Both the position numbers and the translations under genes were made by a program. Positions 1 through 9,432 of a DNA stretch of 64,000 nt are shown here, piece after piece. The notes under the pieces are model-generated. The model saw nothing but the letters and a program-made list of their open reading frames with translations, was not told the origin of the DNA and did no database searches. Where the stretch lies: IMG/VR virus record IMGVR_UViG_3300036766_001364, positions 64,001-128,000 of that record; one strand, written 5' to 3'. Position 1 is the stretch's first letter, and each line of letters opens with the position of its first letter. This DNA comes from a virus (Duplodnaviria > Heunggongvirae > Uroviricota > Caudoviricetes).

Positions 1-46
1 CAGGCGGGCTCTCGGGATCCGTTTTTCGGCCCGGTCGAAGGCGCAG

Positions 47-328
47 ATGGCGCTATCGATGGAGTCGCGTTTCTTTGCGGGAGACGACGAGCCGGGGATC
101 ATCCTGCTCGACGACAAGCGCCAGACGGGACAGATCGTGGCCGTGAACCGCGTGCTGAAGTCTATCGAGAACGCCGAGGGGCACGGAGACTCGATGTGGT
201 CGATCGCGCTCATGATCAAGGCCGCCGACGACGGCCCGATGATCCAGCTGCTCGGGAACGTTCAAGACATGTTCAACAGGCAGAGCCAGCGCCATTCGGG
301 ACTGTTGAACCTGATGCGCGCTCGGTAG
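47..328 (+). CDS. hypothetical protein
   Basis: ORF 93 aa, plausible composition, followed by a promoter motif. Confidence 0.55.
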   Translation: MALSMESRFFAGDDEPGIILLDDKRQTGQIVAVNRVLKSIENAEGHGDSMWSIALMIKAADDGPMIQLLGNVQDMFNRQSQRHSGLLNLMRAR

Positions 329-360
329 GTTTCTGGGAGACCTCGGTCTGGCAGTACTAT
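328..360 (+). promoter_or_regulatory. representative GGTTT-N20-22-TAnnAT promoter (at least 14 copies, see findings)
   Basis: GGTTT 328-332, TACTAT 355-360. Confidence 0.65.
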
Positions 361-377
361 CAAGGGGAGGTGTCGCG

Positions 378-596
378 TTGCCCGTATACATCAACCGCGT
401 TCGCCCGCTCGATTACGCGACGTCGGTGAGGCAGAAAGCGCGCGCGAAGGCCGAACGTTACGAGGACCTCAAGCGTGGATTCGAGGACTGGGCGAGGCAG
501 GAGAACAAGACGGACGGCGAGATCGCCGATGGCCTTAAGACGCTAGACGACCTCATCGCGTACTGGTGCGAGCAGGCAGAGACCGGCGAGCGATGA
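378..596 (+). CDS. hypothetical protein
   Basis: ORF with GGGGAGG RBS upstream; TGA overlaps next ATG. Confidence 0.6.
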   Translation: MPVYINRVRPLDYATSVRQKARAKAERYEDLKRGFEDWARQENKTDGEIADGLKTLDDLIAYWCEQAETGER

Positions 597-841
597 CTTT
601 TCCAGGGATGTTTTCGCCGTTCTCGACGCCCACGAACCTCCTGTCGATGACCGAGGACGAGTTCGCCGAAACGCTGAAGGAAGGGGGCTGGTCGGAACAC
701 GCGATCGGTCTTGAACTCGCCGACCTGCGCCGATATCGGGACGCGATCGCCCCGCGTCCTAAGGAAGATTCTGGCCCAATCGAGACGAACGAAGTGCTGC
801 TCGACGCGATGTCTCGACGGCGCGTGAGGAGGTCTCCGTAG
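593..841 (+). CDS. hypothetical protein (start probably ATG 593)
   Basis: ATGA overlap with previous gene; stop abuts next start. Confidence 0.55.
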   Translation: MTFPGMFSPFSTPTNLLSMTEDEFAETLKEGGWSEHAIGLELADLRRYRDAIAPRPKEDSGPIETNEVLLDAMSRRRVRRSP

Positions 842-1167
842 TGGCGCTCAAGCTCAGCGGATACACGCGCGTCGAGCGTGGGTTCGACGCGCTTCGCCTC
901 TCTGCAGACTACATCGCGGTCACAGAGGAGCTCGAGCGCGCGATGGACTTTGGCGTGGTCCTGCCGTCGCGCGGAAACGCGACCGTGGGCGTCGTCGACC
1001 GCGTCGCGCCGATGGTCGAGGAGATGTTCGGCGTCGCCGAGGGAGACCGCGTGCTCTTCTCAGAGTGGCAGGGTGGGCGCTGGGCGTTCCTCGATCCGAG
1101 CCGATCAGACGGCGAGAAGCGCTGCCTCATCATGTCGAGCGAGTACATCCTGGCGAAGCTGGAGTAA
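841..1167 (+). CDS. GroES/Cpn10-like co-chaperonin
   Basis: GroES-like pattern: L-x-x-D-Y-I-A-V, GVVLP mobile loop, GVVDRV, GDRVLFSEWQG, LIMSSEYILAKLE. Confidence 0.7.
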   Translation: MALKLSGYTRVERGFDALRLSADYIAVTEELERAMDFGVVLPSRGNATVGVVDRVAPMVEEMFGVAEGDRVLFSEWQGGRWAFLDPSRSDGEKRCLIMSSEYILAKLE

Positions 1168-1173
1168 CGCGCG

Positions 1174-4100
1174 ATGCCGACGGTCCTCGAACGCTTTGTC
1201 GACGCGATGATCGGTCCGCGATCGAGCCAGGTACAGAAGGCGCGGGTCGCCGACCCCTCGGATCTCGGCGGCTTCCTCGAGTCGACGATCAAACTCGGCG
1301 GACCAAACGCGTTCCACGCGACGATCGTCAAAGACTTCATGGAGAAGCAGCAATACGACCAGTCAGCGTTCGGCCAGATGATCAACATGTCGCGCAGCGC
1401 GACCGTGCTCTCGTCGAGCGGTGGGATGGTCGGGATCAATGACTACGGGGTCAAGGGACGCCGCCAATACGCCGCCGAGCGCCGTCGCCTCCTCGACCTG
1501 TACACGATCGTCTTGAACAACGGAGACATCCGCACCGCGGTCACGCATCTGCGCAACGAGATCTTCCGGCGCGGCCTCGAATGGGAGCCGGCATTCGAGT
1601 ACAAGTGCGATCTCTGCGACGAGACGTACACCGAAAAAGAGGCCAAGCGCATGAAGAAGCGGTGCGCCTGTCCAGAGTTTGAAGAGTACGCCGAGAAGCA
1701 CGAGCTCCAGGGAGACGACGCCGAGGGCTACCCGCTGCGGCGTCCCGACAAGAATGAGATCAAGAAGTTCGACAAGTTCCTCGACCGCGCAAATTACTTC
1801 GACCAGTCGTTTGAATCGATCCTCCGGATGGGAGAAGACGACATTAATGTTGTTGACGATGCGTTCATCTACCTGCGCAAGCACTACTGGACTGACGAAG
1901 AGATCATGTCGCGGGCCGAGGAAGACCCGTTCGACGACGCGTCCGAGCCGCGGTCCGAGGTCCTGCAGATCTTCAGGCTCGACCCCACGCTCATTGAATT
2001 CGACATGGATTCGCGCGGGATCCCCGGGCAGGCGCACCACGTGTGCGTCGTGCACCGCGACGAGCTGCTCACCGTCCCCTACGGCGAGGGCTGGGACGCG
2101 AAGTGGCGCGGGGTATGTCCAGACTGTGGGCTGCAGACGTACCCAGTCTACTACAAATACAGCGAACAGCAGTCGGGCACGATGGGCGCGAGCCGCCCGA
2201 TCGTGCTCTACCTCACGCGCGACGAGGTCATTCACTGGTCGCGCTACACCCCGTGCTACGACTTCAAGACCGAGGTCATGACCAGGAACGGTTGGAAGCG
2301 GATCGTGGACGTGGACGTGAATGCCGACGAAGTCGCGACGCGATCTGAAGACGGCTTCCTCGAGTGGCAGCGTCCGCTCGACAAGGTGGTGCGGCCATAC
2401 ACCGGTCCGATGTGGGTCGCGAAGACGCAGCGCGTCGACCTCGTGGTCACGCCGCACCACAGACTCTGGGTGCGAGGCGCCTACGCTGAGGAACCGGGGT
2501 ACACGCCCGTGCACGCCCACGACGAGTTCCCGTCGCATCACGTGGCCACGAAGCACCGCGAACTGGGCGAGCGCAATTCTGGATATGAGGCGCCGGTCCG
2601 CGAGAAGCTGACGACGGCCTTTGGGCTGGTCGAAGCGTACAGGGTAGACAACACCCAACGCATCTACATGTCGAACACCGCCAGATGGTCTGGGACCGAC
2701 ATAGACGAGTTCGAGATCCCAGGATACGCCGGTCCGTCGCCGCGCGCTAAGTACTTCGGGGACAGAGCGATCGCTTCGAAGACCGTCAAGATGTCAGATT
2801 GGCTCGAGTTCCTCGGGTATTTCTTGACGGGGGGTTCGTACGCGAAGTCGTCCAGCCCGTCGCGCTTGGTTGAGATCACGCAGAGCCGGACGGCTAACCC
2901 AGAGACGCGCGCGGCCATCATGAGCTGCGTCGAACGCCTCGGGCTGCGCTATTCGAGTCCCGGCGACAAGATCCATGTCTGGCACCCCGGATTGAGGCGG
3001 TATTTAGAGCAGTTCGGGCGCTCGAGGGATCGGTTCATCCCCGACGACGTCAAGCAGTTGCCAGTGCGGCGGCTCGCCGTGCTCTTCGACGCCATCATGC
3101 GCGGAGACGGACACTTCGATGAGCAGGGAAGACCAACCCTGTTCAAGTCTATTTCTCCGCGATTCCGTGACGACGTCGCCGAGATAGCGATCAAGCTTGG
3201 GTATCAAGTGGCGTTTCTTGGTGATGCTGCACTGCGGTTCGGGGTCAATCGAGAAGCTGACCTCTGCCTGAACTCCGGCACCTACGGCATGTCTCAGGAA
3301 GATCAGTCGGTGGGAGCGGTGTTCGGGCTGGAGGTCCCGAACCACGTGATGATGGTCCGCAGAAACGGAAAGACGGTGTGGTCTGGCAACACCGAGACCT
3401 ATGGGTTCAGTCCTGTCTTGAGCATCTACGAGAAGGCGCTCACGCTGATCGGGATGGACCGCTACCTGTACGACTATTTCTACGAGCGCAAGATCCCACA
3501 GGGCGCAGTGGCCGTGACGACGGACGACATCGAATCGTTCAACTCGACGAAGCAGGACGTCGAGGCGCACATGCAGCAGGACCCGCATTATATCCCGTGG
3601 GTGGCTATCGCTTCGAAGACTGGCCAGGGTCGCATGGAGTTCGTGCGGTTCGCGTACTCGCTCGACGAGCTCGACTACCTCCCCGTCAGGGACGAGATCA
3701 GGGAGCGGATCTCCGGGCTCTACGGTGTGTCGCAGCTCTGGATGTCGTCAACCGATGGCATAGGCGGACTGAATTCGGAGTCTCAGCAGCTCACGGTCAT
3801 GAGTCGCGTCGTCGAGGGCGCACAGCGCAGCTATCACGTGGACGTGTTCCCGAAGCTCGAGACCGCGCTGCACGTGCACGATTGGCACCTCAGGATCAAG
3901 ACCCCCGAGGAGTCTAACGAACTGATCACGCTGCAGATCAGGCAGACCAAGGCGGCGATCGCGCAGTCCATGGCGGGAATGGGGTTCGGCGTCGAATACG
4001 ACTCAGAGGAGGACGAGTTCATCTTCAGCGGGCGCGTGCTGTCGATGGAGGAGCAGCAGAAGCAACAGATGGCGCAGGCGAGCCCGTTCGATCCCGGCGG

Positions 4101-4320
4101 GGGCGGCCAGCCGCCGAACGCGCCAGGCGCCCAACCGTCGGCCCAGGCGGCTCCCATGGCAGCGGCCAACGGGAACGCCGGACGCGGGTATGGCGCGATG
4201 GGCGGAGGGTTCGGCGCGCAGCAGAACGCGCGCGGGACGGGGATGGTACCCACGGCCGGACGCCCGGCGATGCGCACCGCCATGCAGCAGGTCAGAGATC
4301 GTGGCCAGCGACCCACATGA
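1174..4320 (+). CDS. phage portal protein containing an intein
   Basis: Portal-type motifs DEVIHW...YGFSP (reconstituted after removing the intein) and SGLYGVSQLW; low-complexity C-tail; position upstream of a MuF-like gene. Confidence 0.85.
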   Translation: MPTVLERFVDAMIGPRSSQVQKARVADPSDLGGFLESTIKLGGPNAFHATIVKDFMEKQQYDQSAFGQMINMSRSATVLSSSGGMVGINDYGVKGRRQYAAERRRLLDLYTIVLNNGDIRTAVTHLRNEIFRRGLEWEPAFEYKCDLCDETYTEKEAKRMKKRCACPEFEEYAEKHELQGDDAEGYPLRRPDKNEIKKFDKFLDRANYFDQSFESILRMGEDDINVVDDAFIYLRKHYWTDEEIMSRAEEDPFDDASEPRSEVLQIFRLDPTLIEFDMDSRGIPGQAHHVCVVHRDELLTVPYGEGWDAKWRGVCPDCGLQTYPVYYKYSEQQSGTMGASRPIVLYLTRDEVIHWSRYTPCYDFKTEVMTRNGWKRIVDVDVNADEVATRSEDGFLEWQRPLDKVVRPYTGPMWVAKTQRVDLVVTPHHRLWVRGAYAEEPGYTPVHAHDEFPSHHVATKHRELGERNSGYEAPVREKLTTAFGLVEAYRVDNTQRIYMSNTARWSGTDIDEFEIPGYAGPSPRAKYFGDRAIASKTVKMSDWLEFLGYFLTGGSYAKSSSPSRLVEITQSRTANPETRAAIMSCVERLGLRYSSPGDKIHVWHPGLRRYLEQFGRSRDRFIPDDVKQLPVRRLAVLFDAIMRGDGHFDEQGRPTLFKSISPRFRDDVAEIAIKLGYQVAFLGDAALRFGVNREADLCLNSGTYGMSQEDQSVGAVFGLEVPNHVMMVRRNGKTVWSGNTETYGFSPVLSIYEKALTLIGMDRYLYDYFYERKIPQGAVAVTTDDIESFNSTKQDVEAHMQQDPHYIPWVAIASKTGQGRMEFVRFAYSLDELDYLPVRDEIRERISGLYGVSQLWMSSTDGIGGLNSESQQLTVMSRVVEGAQRSYHVDVFPKLETALHVHDWHLRIKTPEESNELITLQIRQTKAAIAQSMAGMGFGVEYDSEEDEFIFSGRVLSMEEQQKQQMAQASPFDPGGGGQPPNAPGAQPSAQAAPMAAANGNAGRGYGAMGGGFGAQQNARGTGMVPTAGRPAMRTAMQQVRDRGQRPT
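2254..3390 (+). mobile_element. intein (379 aa, LAGLIDADG-type) in portal
   Basis: Starts CYDFKTEVMTRNGWK; block B VTPHHRLW; LFDAIMRGDG endonuclease motif; ends VWSGN followed by Thr+1. Confidence 0.9.
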
Positions 4321-4927
4321 GCTGGTCTTCGCCGACGAGCGCGATCCTCTCATTGGAGAGCTCGCTGATGGATGGTCGCCGAAGCGGATCGGCGTGTGTT
4401 CCGACGGGAGCCGCTGGGTCATCAGGCCGACCATCGCCGAATACTCGGTCTATCGACTGTCAGAGAGGCTCGACATGAGCGTGATCCCAGAGACGCGACG
4501 TTTCAGGGGCGGCTCTGCCCAGCGGCTCGTCGACGGAGCGCTGACCGCGCACGCCCTCGACGGCGACCTCTACGAAGCGGTGAGGACGCCCGTCGCGGTC
4601 TCAGACCTCGCGTCGATCATCGCGCTCGACGTGCTCATCGGAAATGCGGATCGCCACGCGAACAACTGGCTCGTGGGCGACGACGGGAGGCTGATAGCGA
4701 TCGACAACGAGTTCAACGAGCCGACCCGCGTCATATCTCTCTATCATGCTGTCAGGCCGGCGCGACGCACAGGCATGCTCGATGACGCGGAGCACGCTCC
4801 CGCGCTTATCGCGGCGATCCGCGAGCGCTTCAAGCGCGCCGAGGAAGCGCTGGCCGTCGACCTCGCGGGACAGCGAAAAGAACTCGATGAGTGGGAGAAT
4901 GACCTCGTCGGGGGGTCTCCTCGATGA
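4301..4927 (+). CDS. HipA/PI3-PI4-kinase-like protein
   Basis: Catalytic-loop motifs LDVLIGNADRHANNWLV and LIAIDNE; GTG start at 4301 overlaps portal end. Confidence 0.75.
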   Translation: MASDPHELVFADERDPLIGELADGWSPKRIGVCSDGSRWVIRPTIAEYSVYRLSERLDMSVIPETRRFRGGSAQRLVDGALTAHALDGDLYEAVRTPVAVSDLASIIALDVLIGNADRHANNWLVGDDGRLIAIDNEFNEPTRVISLYHAVRPARRTGMLDDAEHAPALIAAIRERFKRAEEALAVDLAGQRKELDEWENDLVGGSPR

Positions 4928-5703
4928 CTGAGAAGCAGCTCAAGGACTCGCAGATGCAGGTCATCAAGGAGATGGCCAGGTCGTGGACGGCAGCCGTCCA
5001 GGAGATGCTCGAGCGCTGGTATCAGATGGCTAGGGGCGGGCTGGTCAGGCTGAGCGACGCGGTCGGCGAGATGCGCGCGATCTTGGGGGAATGGCCCGAG
5101 CGCGTCTACGCGACGGTCGCGGGGCTCATCGACAGGATGTTCAGCGACAGCTACCGAGATGGCGCGTCTGCCGCCGAGGTCGAGGCATGGGGGATGGGGC
5201 CTTCTGAGGGCCAGGCGCTCGCGTGGATGAAGAACAGCCCAAACGGTTTGGTGCCGGCGCTGAGGGACCTCACGAGGGGCGTCCAGAGGCGGATAGAGCG
5301 CGGGTTGTCGCGGATGGGCAGCGTGATCCCCGTGTCGAGTGCGCTCAGGCTCGCCATGGACGTCGCGTCGCGCGTCGTGTCGCGCCCCGAGCTGATCGTC
5401 AGGACGGAATCTGCCAAGGCCCGCGCGCTGGGGCGCATCTACGCGTGGGGACACGACCGGTACCGCGATCGCTATCATTACTGGTGGATCGCGATGGACG
5501 ACGATCGGACGAAGGACGTGAGCCTCCTGTTCGAGCGCGCGGGACCGTATGCGTGGCAGCAGATCAGACACCTCTGGGAGTTCGAGCACGACCAACCCCA
5601 GCTCGTGCGCAACAGGCACACGCGCGGGATGGAGATGCAGGTGTCGGCGTGGAACTGCAGGTGCACCGTGGCCAGGACTCCGCGTGGTGCCGTGGCAGTA
5701 TAA
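4924..5703 (+). CDS. phage head morphogenesis protein (MuF/SPP1 gp7-like)
   Basis: IVRTE...A, W...DDRT and NCRC motifs typical of Phage_Mu_F. Confidence 0.8.
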   Translation: MTEKQLKDSQMQVIKEMARSWTAAVQEMLERWYQMARGGLVRLSDAVGEMRAILGEWPERVYATVAGLIDRMFSDSYRDGASAAEVEAWGMGPSEGQALAWMKNSPNGLVPALRDLTRGVQRRIERGLSRMGSVIPVSSALRLAMDVASRVVSRPELIVRTESAKARALGRIYAWGHDRYRDRYHYWWIAMDDDRTKDVSLLFERAGPYAWQQIRHLWEFEHDQPQLVRNRHTRGMEMQVSAWNCRCTVARTPRGAVAV

Positions 5704-5710
5704 TCTCTCC

Positions 5711-6106
5711 ATGGCGAACATCGAAGAACGGATGATCGAGGCGTGCCTCGAGGGGATCAGGGACGTCGCCCAGCAGGCGTTCGCCGGCAGCCAGCGGAAC
5801 GTGCCCGTCCGCACGGGGCGCCTGAAGCGCTCGGGACGCGTGCAGTTCACGCGCGACGGAGCGGTCATCGTCTATTCGACGCCCTACGCAGCCGACGTTG
5901 AACTCGGTCATCTCAGGCGTCGCGTCACGGTCGCGCCGCGACTGCTGAAGGCGACGACGTCGCTCTCGAGGGGCAAGAGGATCCAGTACGCGGGATACAC
6001 CTACGTGCAGGGCGAGCGGAGGCCGAGGTATTTCGTGGGAAGGGGCGTGGACGACGCGATGCGCAGCCTGCCGAGGATCGTCGCGGGGAGGCTGTCGCGG
6101 GCATGA
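5711..6106 (+). CDS. HK97 gp10-like neck/tail-completion protein
   Basis: VPVRTGRLKRS, YAADVELG, RPRYF motifs. Confidence 0.7.
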   Translation: MANIEERMIEACLEGIRDVAQQAFAGSQRNVPVRTGRLKRSGRVQFTRDGAVIVYSTPYAADVELGHLRRRVTVAPRLLKATTSLSRGKRIQYAGYTYVQGERRPRYFVGRGVDDAMRSLPRIVAGRLSRA

Positions 6107-6417
6107 CGTCGCCGACTGGGATCGCGGGCGCCAGGCGGGCGCTCGCGAGGAACAACTACGTGTCAGTCATAGTCGACCAGCCAGAGGAAGTCGTCACCGG
6201 GAGGCACGGGATCGTGGTGCCGCCGAGGCAGGACCATCGCTTCAAGGCGACGGGCGTCGTCGAGTCCGTCGGACAGACGTGTCGAGTGCCCGAGCTGCGA
6301 CCGGGGATCCGAGTGTTATTCCCGCCGTACGGGGTCGGCAAGCGGACCGTCGTGGACAGGATCGAGCGCGTCGCGCTCCTCGATTGGGAGATCATCGGCT
6401 GGTTCGACGAGGGCTGA
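6103..6417 (+). CDS. second GroES/Cpn10-like co-chaperonin
   Basis: NNYVSV, GIVVP, ATGVVESVG, PGIRVLFPPYG, EIIGWF. Confidence 0.7.
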   Translation: MTSPTGIAGARRALARNNYVSVIVDQPEEVVTGRHGIVVPPRQDHRFKATGVVESVGQTCRVPELRPGIRVLFPPYGVGKRTVVDRIERVALLDWEIIGWFDEG

Positions 6418-6418
6418 C

Positions 6419-6913
6419 GTGGTCGGAATCCCCGAGCAGACGTCGCCCATCCACCTCATCCAAGAGGACTACATCGGCCAGCCGTGGCCAGTGCTCGTCG
6501 CCTCGATAATGTTGAATCGCACCAGTCACGTGCAGGTGCGCCCGGTCCTGGCGCTGTTCTTGCGGCGCTGGCCAGCGCCGGATGGCCTCAGCGAAGTCGA
6601 CGCGCCCGAGCTCACAGACATGATCAGGACGCTCGGCTTCCAGAACGTGAGGGCGCGTCGGCTCATCGATCTCGCCAAGGTCGTCTCTCCCGTGCTCCCG
6701 TGTACTATAATAGTGGATACGTTACCGGGGGTCGGAAGGTACGTCAGGGACGCATACACTCTCTTCGTGAAGCGTGAGCTCGTCCAGGGCGTCTCAGACG
6801 AGAAGCTTCGGCGATACGTGGAATGGACAAATGGATTTATCTCAGAGGACGATGCGGGGGAGGGGTCCCGATCCGGACTGGCACAAGAATCGATTGCTTC
6901 GCACGGTCGCTAA
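6419..6913 (+). CDS. HhH-GPD DNA glycosylase, MBD4-like
   Basis: PWPVLVASIMLNRT, LGFQNVRARRL, HhH LPGVGRYVRDAY, D-x-KL. Confidence 0.75.
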   Translation: MVGIPEQTSPIHLIQEDYIGQPWPVLVASIMLNRTSHVQVRPVLALFLRRWPAPDGLSEVDAPELTDMIRTLGFQNVRARRLIDLAKVVSPVLPCTIIVDTLPGVGRYVRDAYTLFVKRELVQGVSDEKLRRYVEWTNGFISEDDAGEGSRSGLAQESIASHGR

Positions 6914-7160
6914 GCGCGGCAAGCGCGCGACGCTGCGGATAGAGCCCGATCACGGTGGGCTGGTGGATATCCTGGGATCGACGCAGCCGCTCGCTCGGTT
7001 CGTGTACCGCGACGAGTCGTTCGCGGTGATCGACGTCCCGCCCGGAGTCATCCAGGTCTATCGCATCGACAAAGTCATGGGGGTCAACCACCTGATCGTC
7101 GAATTCATGCTCGAGTACCTAAAAGAAGAATCAGATGCCGCGCATGCCGACGGCGACTGA
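6774..7160 (+). CDS. hypothetical protein (true start probably downstream of 6774)
   Basis: ORF filling the gap and overlapping the next gene start. Confidence 0.45.
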   Translation: MSSSRASQTRSFGDTWNGQMDLSQRTMRGRGPDPDWHKNRLLRTVAKRGKRATLRIEPDHGGLVDILGSTQPLARFVYRDESFAVIDVPPGVIQVYRIDKVMGVNHLIVEFMLEYLKEESDAAHADGD

Positions 7161-8262
7161 TCCCGAGCTCGACAACGCGATGGAGCGGCTCTCCAAGGCG
7201 AAGTGCGCCGAAGACGTCTTCGGAGCGTTTTTTGGAGGCAAGCACGCGACGCTGTTAGACGTGAGACGCGTCTATCGGCGCCTCGCCAAGGTCGCGCACC
7301 CAGACAGGTACCCGTCTCCCGGCGACCGCGAGGTCGCGACCGCGGCCTTCAAACTGTTGGACGCGTTCTGGCAGACAGCGCAGCGCAGGATCGAGAGCGG
7401 GATGTACGGGTCTCCGATCGTCGCTGTGATCAGCACTCGCCGACGGCGATACGAGGTGGGGTCGCGCATCGCGCGCGGCGACATCGCCGACGTATATGGG
7501 TGCGCGTATGCCGATGACGCGGGCGTCGCGACTGGGATCATCAAGGTCGCGCGCAGCGGCGTTGACAATGATCTCATGGCGAACGAGGCGCGCGTGCTCA
7601 AGATGATCGAGACGCAGACGGCCGACGTCGGACTGCGCGCATACGCGCCTTGCGTCGTTGAGTCGTTCGGGTACAGCGACGGCAAACAGCCGGTCAGGCA
7701 GGCCACCGTGTTCGCGGCGATCGACGGACTGCGGACGCTGATGGACGTGCGCTGCCAGTATCCAGACGGGATCGACCCCAAACACGCAGCCTGGATGTGG
7801 ACGAGGCTCCTGATCGCCCTCGACGTCGCGCACGCTATCGGGGTCGTCCACGGATCGGTGATCCCACCGCATGTCCTGATCCATCCCGCCGAGCACGGGC
7901 TCGTCCTCGTGGACTGGACCAACGCGACGCGCGATCCCGAGGCGAGCGGCGAGAGGGTGAAGGCGATCAGCTCAGAATACGAGAGCTGGTATCCACGCGA
8001 GACGATCGCCGGGGAAGCGCCGACGCCGGGGATGGACATCCTCATGGGCGCGCGCTGCATGATCTACCTGCTCGGGGGAGACCCCGTGGAAGGGACGCTG
8101 CCGGACAGAGTCCCGCCCAAGCTGAAAAATTTCTTCAGGGCATGCATGTTCGAGAGCTCGCGCATGCGGCCGCAGGACGCCGGGAAGCTCCGTGAGGAGT
8201 TCCACGAGCTCATCGAACTGCTGTGGGGGAAGCGGAAGTTCATCGCTTTCTCCATGGCCTAA
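7135..8262 (+). CDS. J-domain (DnaJ) plus protein-kinase-like fusion
   Basis: YRRLAKVAHPDRY J-domain with HPD; kinase-fold motifs IARGDIADVY, IIKVAR, NEARVL, HGSVIPPHVLI, LVDW. Confidence 0.8.
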   Translation: MPRMPTATDPELDNAMERLSKAKCAEDVFGAFFGGKHATLLDVRRVYRRLAKVAHPDRYPSPGDREVATAAFKLLDAFWQTAQRRIESGMYGSPIVAVISTRRRRYEVGSRIARGDIADVYGCAYADDAGVATGIIKVARSGVDNDLMANEARVLKMIETQTADVGLRAYAPCVVESFGYSDGKQPVRQATVFAAIDGLRTLMDVRCQYPDGIDPKHAAWMWTRLLIALDVAHAIGVVHGSVIPPHVLIHPAEHGLVLVDWTNATRDPEASGERVKAISSEYESWYPRETIAGEAPTPGMDILMGARCMIYLLGGDPVEGTLPDRVPPKLKNFFRACMFESSRMRPQDAGKLREEFHELIELLWGKRKFIAFSMA

Positions 8263-8283
8263 AGCAGGAAAGAGGTACAGGAC

Positions 8284-9282
8284 ATGGGAAGTGGCATTTG
8301 GAGCCACGACACCTATCGGTCTCGCGTCACGGCGGACGCCGCGGCGGGGAGATCGACGTTCGCATACAGCGCGTCTGCGGCTTCGACGCCGCGTGATTCG
8401 TGGAAGGCGCACGACAGCCTCGACCCGAAGGGGATCGAGACGCGCGAGTCGCGCGACAGCGCTGAACACCCGAACGCGACGGCGATCGCCGTGTTCTTCG
8501 ACGTCACGGGCTCGATGCATGTCGTCCCCGAACAGCTCCAGAAGAAGCTCCCCGAACTGTTCGGGTTGCTCCTCCGCAAGGGGTTCGTCACCGATCCGCA
8601 GATCATGATGGGTGCGATCGGGGACGCGTTCGCCGATCGCGTCCCGCTGCAGGTCGGACAGTTCGAGTCTGACAACCGCATCGACGACGACCTGACGAAC
8701 CTCCTGCTCGAGGGCGGGGGCGGAGGCGGCAATCACGAGAGTTACGAATTGGCGCTCTATATCATGGCGCGTCACACGTCGATCGACTGCTTCGAGAAGC
8801 ACGGTCGGAAGGGTTATCTCTTCATCATCGGTGACGAGCGCGCGTATACCGTCGTGTCGCGCGGTCAGGTGTCCGACGTCATCGGCGACGGACTGCAGGA
8901 AGACATATCGCTCGCAGACATCGTCCGCGAAGTCGGCCAGCGGTACAACGTCTTCTATCTTCATCCCGAAGAAGCCAGCTACGTCGGCGACCAGGACAAC
9001 GTCCGATTCTGGACGGAACTCCTCGGGCAGAATTACATCCAGCACGTCGAGACCGGATCGATCTGCGAGACCATCGCGAGCCTGATCGCGGCCAATGAGG
9101 GCACGATCGGCGACATGGCCGAGTTGACCACGGCGCTCATCGACGTCGGGGCGTCGCCCAGCACGGTCAGTTCTGTCGAACGCGCTGTCGGCTCTCTCGT
9201 CGGCGCCGGGATCGCCGTCGGGACGTCCGAGGGTCCTGGCCTGCCTGGTTCAGACGGAACGTCTGGATCGCGTCGGATCTAG
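8284..9282 (+). CDS. von Willebrand factor A (vWA) domain protein
   Basis: MIDAS-like FFDVTGSM, GAIGDA, EGGGGGGNHESY, LFIIGDE. Confidence 0.8.
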   Translation: MGSGIWSHDTYRSRVTADAAAGRSTFAYSASAASTPRDSWKAHDSLDPKGIETRESRDSAEHPNATAIAVFFDVTGSMHVVPEQLQKKLPELFGLLLRKGFVTDPQIMMGAIGDAFADRVPLQVGQFESDNRIDDDLTNLLLEGGGGGGNHESYELALYIMARHTSIDCFEKHGRKGYLFIIGDERAYTVVSRGQVSDVIGDGLQEDISLADIVREVGQRYNVFYLHPEEASYVGDQDNVRFWTELLGQNYIQHVETGSICETIASLIAANEGTIGDMAELTTALIDVGASPSTVSSVERAVGSLVGAGIAVGTSEGPGLPGSDGTSGSRRI

Positions 9283-9288
9283 GCGGTG

Positions 9289-9415
9289 ATCTGCGGCGGT
9301 GTGGTGGGACACACTTCTGTCTAGTACGACTGCAGTTGGCCTCGGGGGTCATGCCCTTGACGAACCCAGCAGTCCGGCCGGCAGTAGTCGGTTCGAATCC
9401 GGCCCGCAGACTCCA
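9289..9415 (+). ncRNA. tRNA-like element with an expanded anticodon/variable region
   Basis: ATCTGCGG/CCGCAGAC acceptor plus T-CCA; T-arm GTCGG-TTCGAAT-CCGGC; D-like stem GGTGTG/CACACT; no canonical anticodon arm. Confidence 0.6.
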
Positions 9416-9432
9416 AAGAAGGAGGAAAGACC

